Below, piece by piece: positions 36,592 through 39,211 of a stretch of 39,211 nucleotides of DNA. The position numbers and the translations under genes are program-made. The stretch's first letter is position 1. Every line of letters starts with the position of its first letter. Origin of the DNA: a virus (taxonomy: Duplodnaviria > Heunggongvirae > Uroviricota > Caudoviricetes); the IMG/VR virus record IMGVR_UViG_2778261139_000004, positions 1 through 39,211 of that record. One strand, written 5' to 3'. The notes beneath the pieces were generated by a model. The model ran no database searches and was not told the origin of the DNA. It was given only the letters and a program-made list of their open reading frames with translations.

Positions 36592-38277
36592 TTATCCTAA
36601 TCCTGGCCATACCATGACGATGATTGTCCCTGCCAGCGTCAGCAGGACGTTGGCGATTGCGTAGGTGCCCGCGTAGCCCAGCGCAGGGATGTTACTGCGA
36701 GCTGTATCACTGATGATCTCCATTGCCGGCGCGCAGGTGCGTGCGCCCATCATTGCGCCGAACAACAGTGCGCGGTTCATTCGCAATACATAAGCACCGA
36801 ACAAGAAACAGATAACCACGGGCACAAGACTGACAATTAATCCGGCAATCAACATCTGACCGCCAATCGCGCCCAGGCCGTTATTAATACCGCTACCGGC
36901 GCTCAGACCAACGCCTGCCATAAACACCATCAAGCCGAACTCTTTCACCATGCTTAATGCACCTTGCGGAATGTAACCGAAGGTCGGGTGGTTAGCACGC
37001 ATAAAGCCCAGCATAATTCCGGCGAATAACAACCCGGCAGCGTTCCCCATGCCGAAACTGAATGTGCTGAACTGGAAGGTGATCATCCCGATCATCAGCC
37101 CAATAACAAAGAAGGCGCAAAATGCCAGCAGGTCAGTGACCTGGCTGTGAATCGAGATAAAGCCGATGCGATCGGCGATGGTTTTTACGCGACGGGCATC
37201 ACCGCTGACTTGTAAAACGTCACCTTTGTTAAGCACGACGTTGTCATCTATCGGCATCTCAATCTGGCTACGAATGACGCGGTTAAGGAAGCAACCGTGA
37301 TCGGTCAACTTCAGTTGTGCGAGACGTTTACCTACAGCGTTATGGTTTTTAACGACCACTTCTTCAGTGACGATACGCATGTCGAGAAGGTCACGATCGA
37401 AAACTTCTTTACCGTTACGGAAGCTGGGATCGAGTCGGGCATGGGCGTCGGGATAGCCTACCAACGCTATTTCATCGCCCATTTGTAGCACGGCATCACC
37501 GTCTGGATTTGCCAGAATCCCGTTACGTCGAATACGTTCAATGTAGCAGCCGGTTTGTCGATAAATACCCAGTTCACGCAGATTTTTGCCGTCGGTCCAG
37601 GCCACCAGCTCCGGGCCGACGCGATAGGCGCGGATCACCGGTAAATAAACCTTACGGTTGGCATCAGTGTCCAGGCCACGTTCGCGGGCGATTTGCTGGG
37701 CGCTGGTCTGTAAGTCCTGATGCTGCAATTTCGGCAAGTAACGCGCACCAACAATCAAACTCACCAGACCGATTAAATAGGTTAAGGCATACCCGAGGCT
37801 CAGATTATCCAGTGCCAGTGAGAGCTGCCTGCTTTCCATGCCGGAATGACGCAGTGTATCGCCAGCACCGACCAGAACCGGTGTCGACGTCATAGAGCCT
37901 GCTAACATACCGGCCGTCAGGCCAATATCCCAGCCAAACAGCTTACCTAACCCTAAGGCGATCACCAGCGCACTGCCAACCATCACCAGTGCTAACATTA
38001 GGTAATTTTTCCCATCGCGAAAAAAAATGGAAAAAAAGTTCGGTCCGGCTTCGACCCCGACGCAGAAAATAAACAGCATAAAGCCAAGATTAAGCGCATC
38101 GGTGTTAATGCTGAAATGTTGTTGGCCTAATAACAGCGATACGACTAAAACGCCAATGGAATTACCCAGTTGGATCGAACCAAGTCGTAACTTTCCGAGA
38201 CATAGCCCAAGCGCGAGGACCACAAATAATAACAGAATGTAATTCCCATTTAACAATTCGGCGACGTTTATATTCAC
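36592..38277 (-). CDS. ybjL: Putative transport protein YbjL (host)
   Basis: 561-aa multi-TM protein; recognised as the E. coli ybjL product by sequence recall and by synteny with ybjM and grxA. Confidence 0.8.
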
Positions 38278-38546
38278 GGAGGCTAACTTCTTGTTTACTA
38301 GTAAGCTGTTGAAAGAAATGGTAATTTACGATAATGTTTTTTACCAGAATTCAGGGCGCAGATTCATTCAGCGCACCTAAACGATAGTAAAGTAACAATA
38401 TATTTTACTAGTGTAATCACATTAGGTATCAACGGCTATATGAATTGCGTTGGCCTATATTAGCATGGAATGCGAAGCGGCTTTATCTTACTGAACGCCA
38501 CACTGGCGAAAAATGTGTTCGATAGACGCAGTGTCAGGAGGAACGA

Positions 38547-38924
38547 GTGAAACATAAACAACGTTGGGCGGGGGCAATCTGCTGTTTTGTCCTCTTCATT
38601 GTGGTGTGCCTTTTTCTGGCGACGCACATGAAAGGCGCTTTTCGGGCTGCCGGGCATCCTGAAATCGGCTTGCTATTTTTCATTCTTCCTGGAGCAGTTG
38701 CCAGTTTCTTTTCACAGCGTAGAGAAGTCCTGAAACCTCTATTTGGCGCAATGCTGGCGGCACCCTGTTCAATGCTCATTATGCGGCTGTTTTTTTCACC
38801 GACGCGCTCATTCTGGCAAGAGCTGGCATGGTTACTAAGCGCGGTGTTCTGGTGTGCGCTGGGGGCACTGTGTTTCTTATTTATCAGTAGTTTGTTTAAA
38901 CCACAGCACAGAAAAAATCAGTAA
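38547..38924 (+). CDS. ybjM: Inner membrane protein YbjM (host)
   Basis: 125-aa hydrophobic protein between ybjL and grxA, as in E. coli. Confidence 0.75.
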   Translation: MKHKQRWAGAICCFVLFIVVCLFLATHMKGAFRAAGHPEIGLLFFILPGAVASFFSQRREVLKPLFGAMLAAPCSMLIMRLFFSPTRSFWQELAWLLSAVFWCALGALCFLFISSLFKPQHRKNQ

Positions 38925-38953
38925 AGCCCTCAACGCGAGGGCTTGTCAGACGA

Positions 38954-39211
38954 TCAGGCGTCCAGATTTTCTTTCACCCATGCAGCAAAATCGGTATAGC
39001 CGCCGATATGTTGCTGATCGACAAAAATCTGCGGCACGGTTTCTACGGGTTTACCTGCCTTTTGTTGTAGATCTTCTTTAGTGATCCCTTCCGCACGAAT
39101 ATCTACATACTGATACTGAAAATCATCGCGTTCATTGCTCAATTTCTCAGCCAGATCTTTTGCACGCACACAGTAAGGGCAACCCGAACGACCAAAAATA
39201 ACGGTTTGCAT
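38954..39211 (-). CDS. grxA: Glutaredoxin 1 (host)
   Basis: 85 aa with the CPYC active site (MQTVIFGRSGCPYCVRAKDLAEKL ...); the start codon is at the window edge. Confidence 0.9.
   Translation of the reverse strand: MQTVIFGRSGCPYCVRAKDLAEKLSNERDDFQYQYVDIRAEGITKEDLQQKAGKPVETVPQIFVDQQHIGGYTDFAAWVKENLDA

Noticed and set aside
1-39211. CRISPR arrays, tRNA genes, IS elements or transposases
   Set aside because: No regularly spaced direct repeats, no tRNA-like cloverleaf candidates at the junction, and no transposase-like ORFs were seen; the only recombinases are the integrase and the Pin-like invertase.

Overview
The window is almost entirely one P2/186-like temperate prophage of an Escherichia-type host. 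It starts at the integrase stop codon, so attL lies outside the window, and the prophage runs to ogr (about 36.36 kb). Three host genes follow: ybjL, ybjM and grxA. The backbone is syntenic with P2/186: int, a CI-like repressor, apl/cox-like, cII-like, small early genes, dam, replication gene A, a LexA-controlled tum/dinI-like pair, then the Q-P / O-N-M-L / lysis / R-S / V-W-J-I-H-G / FI-FII-E-T-U-D-ogr late genes. Three visibly AT-rich cargo islands interrupt it. (1) Between cI and int is a two-gene operon, a 400-aa soluble protein of unrecognised family plus a 176-aa four-helix membrane protein; this is the best candidate for an undescribed, lysogen-expressed defence or exclusion module. (2) Between the early-operon terminator and portal gene Q is a retron-type reverse transcriptase followed by a Septu-like ATPase and an HNH nuclease, preceded by a structured non-coding region with a perfect 28-bp inverted repeat. 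(3) Between tail-completion gene S and baseplate gene V is a single SIR2-like gene. The tail-fibre region is an invertible host-range segment with a Pin-like invertase. All calls rest on motif recognition, synteny and reading the ORF track; no database search was run.
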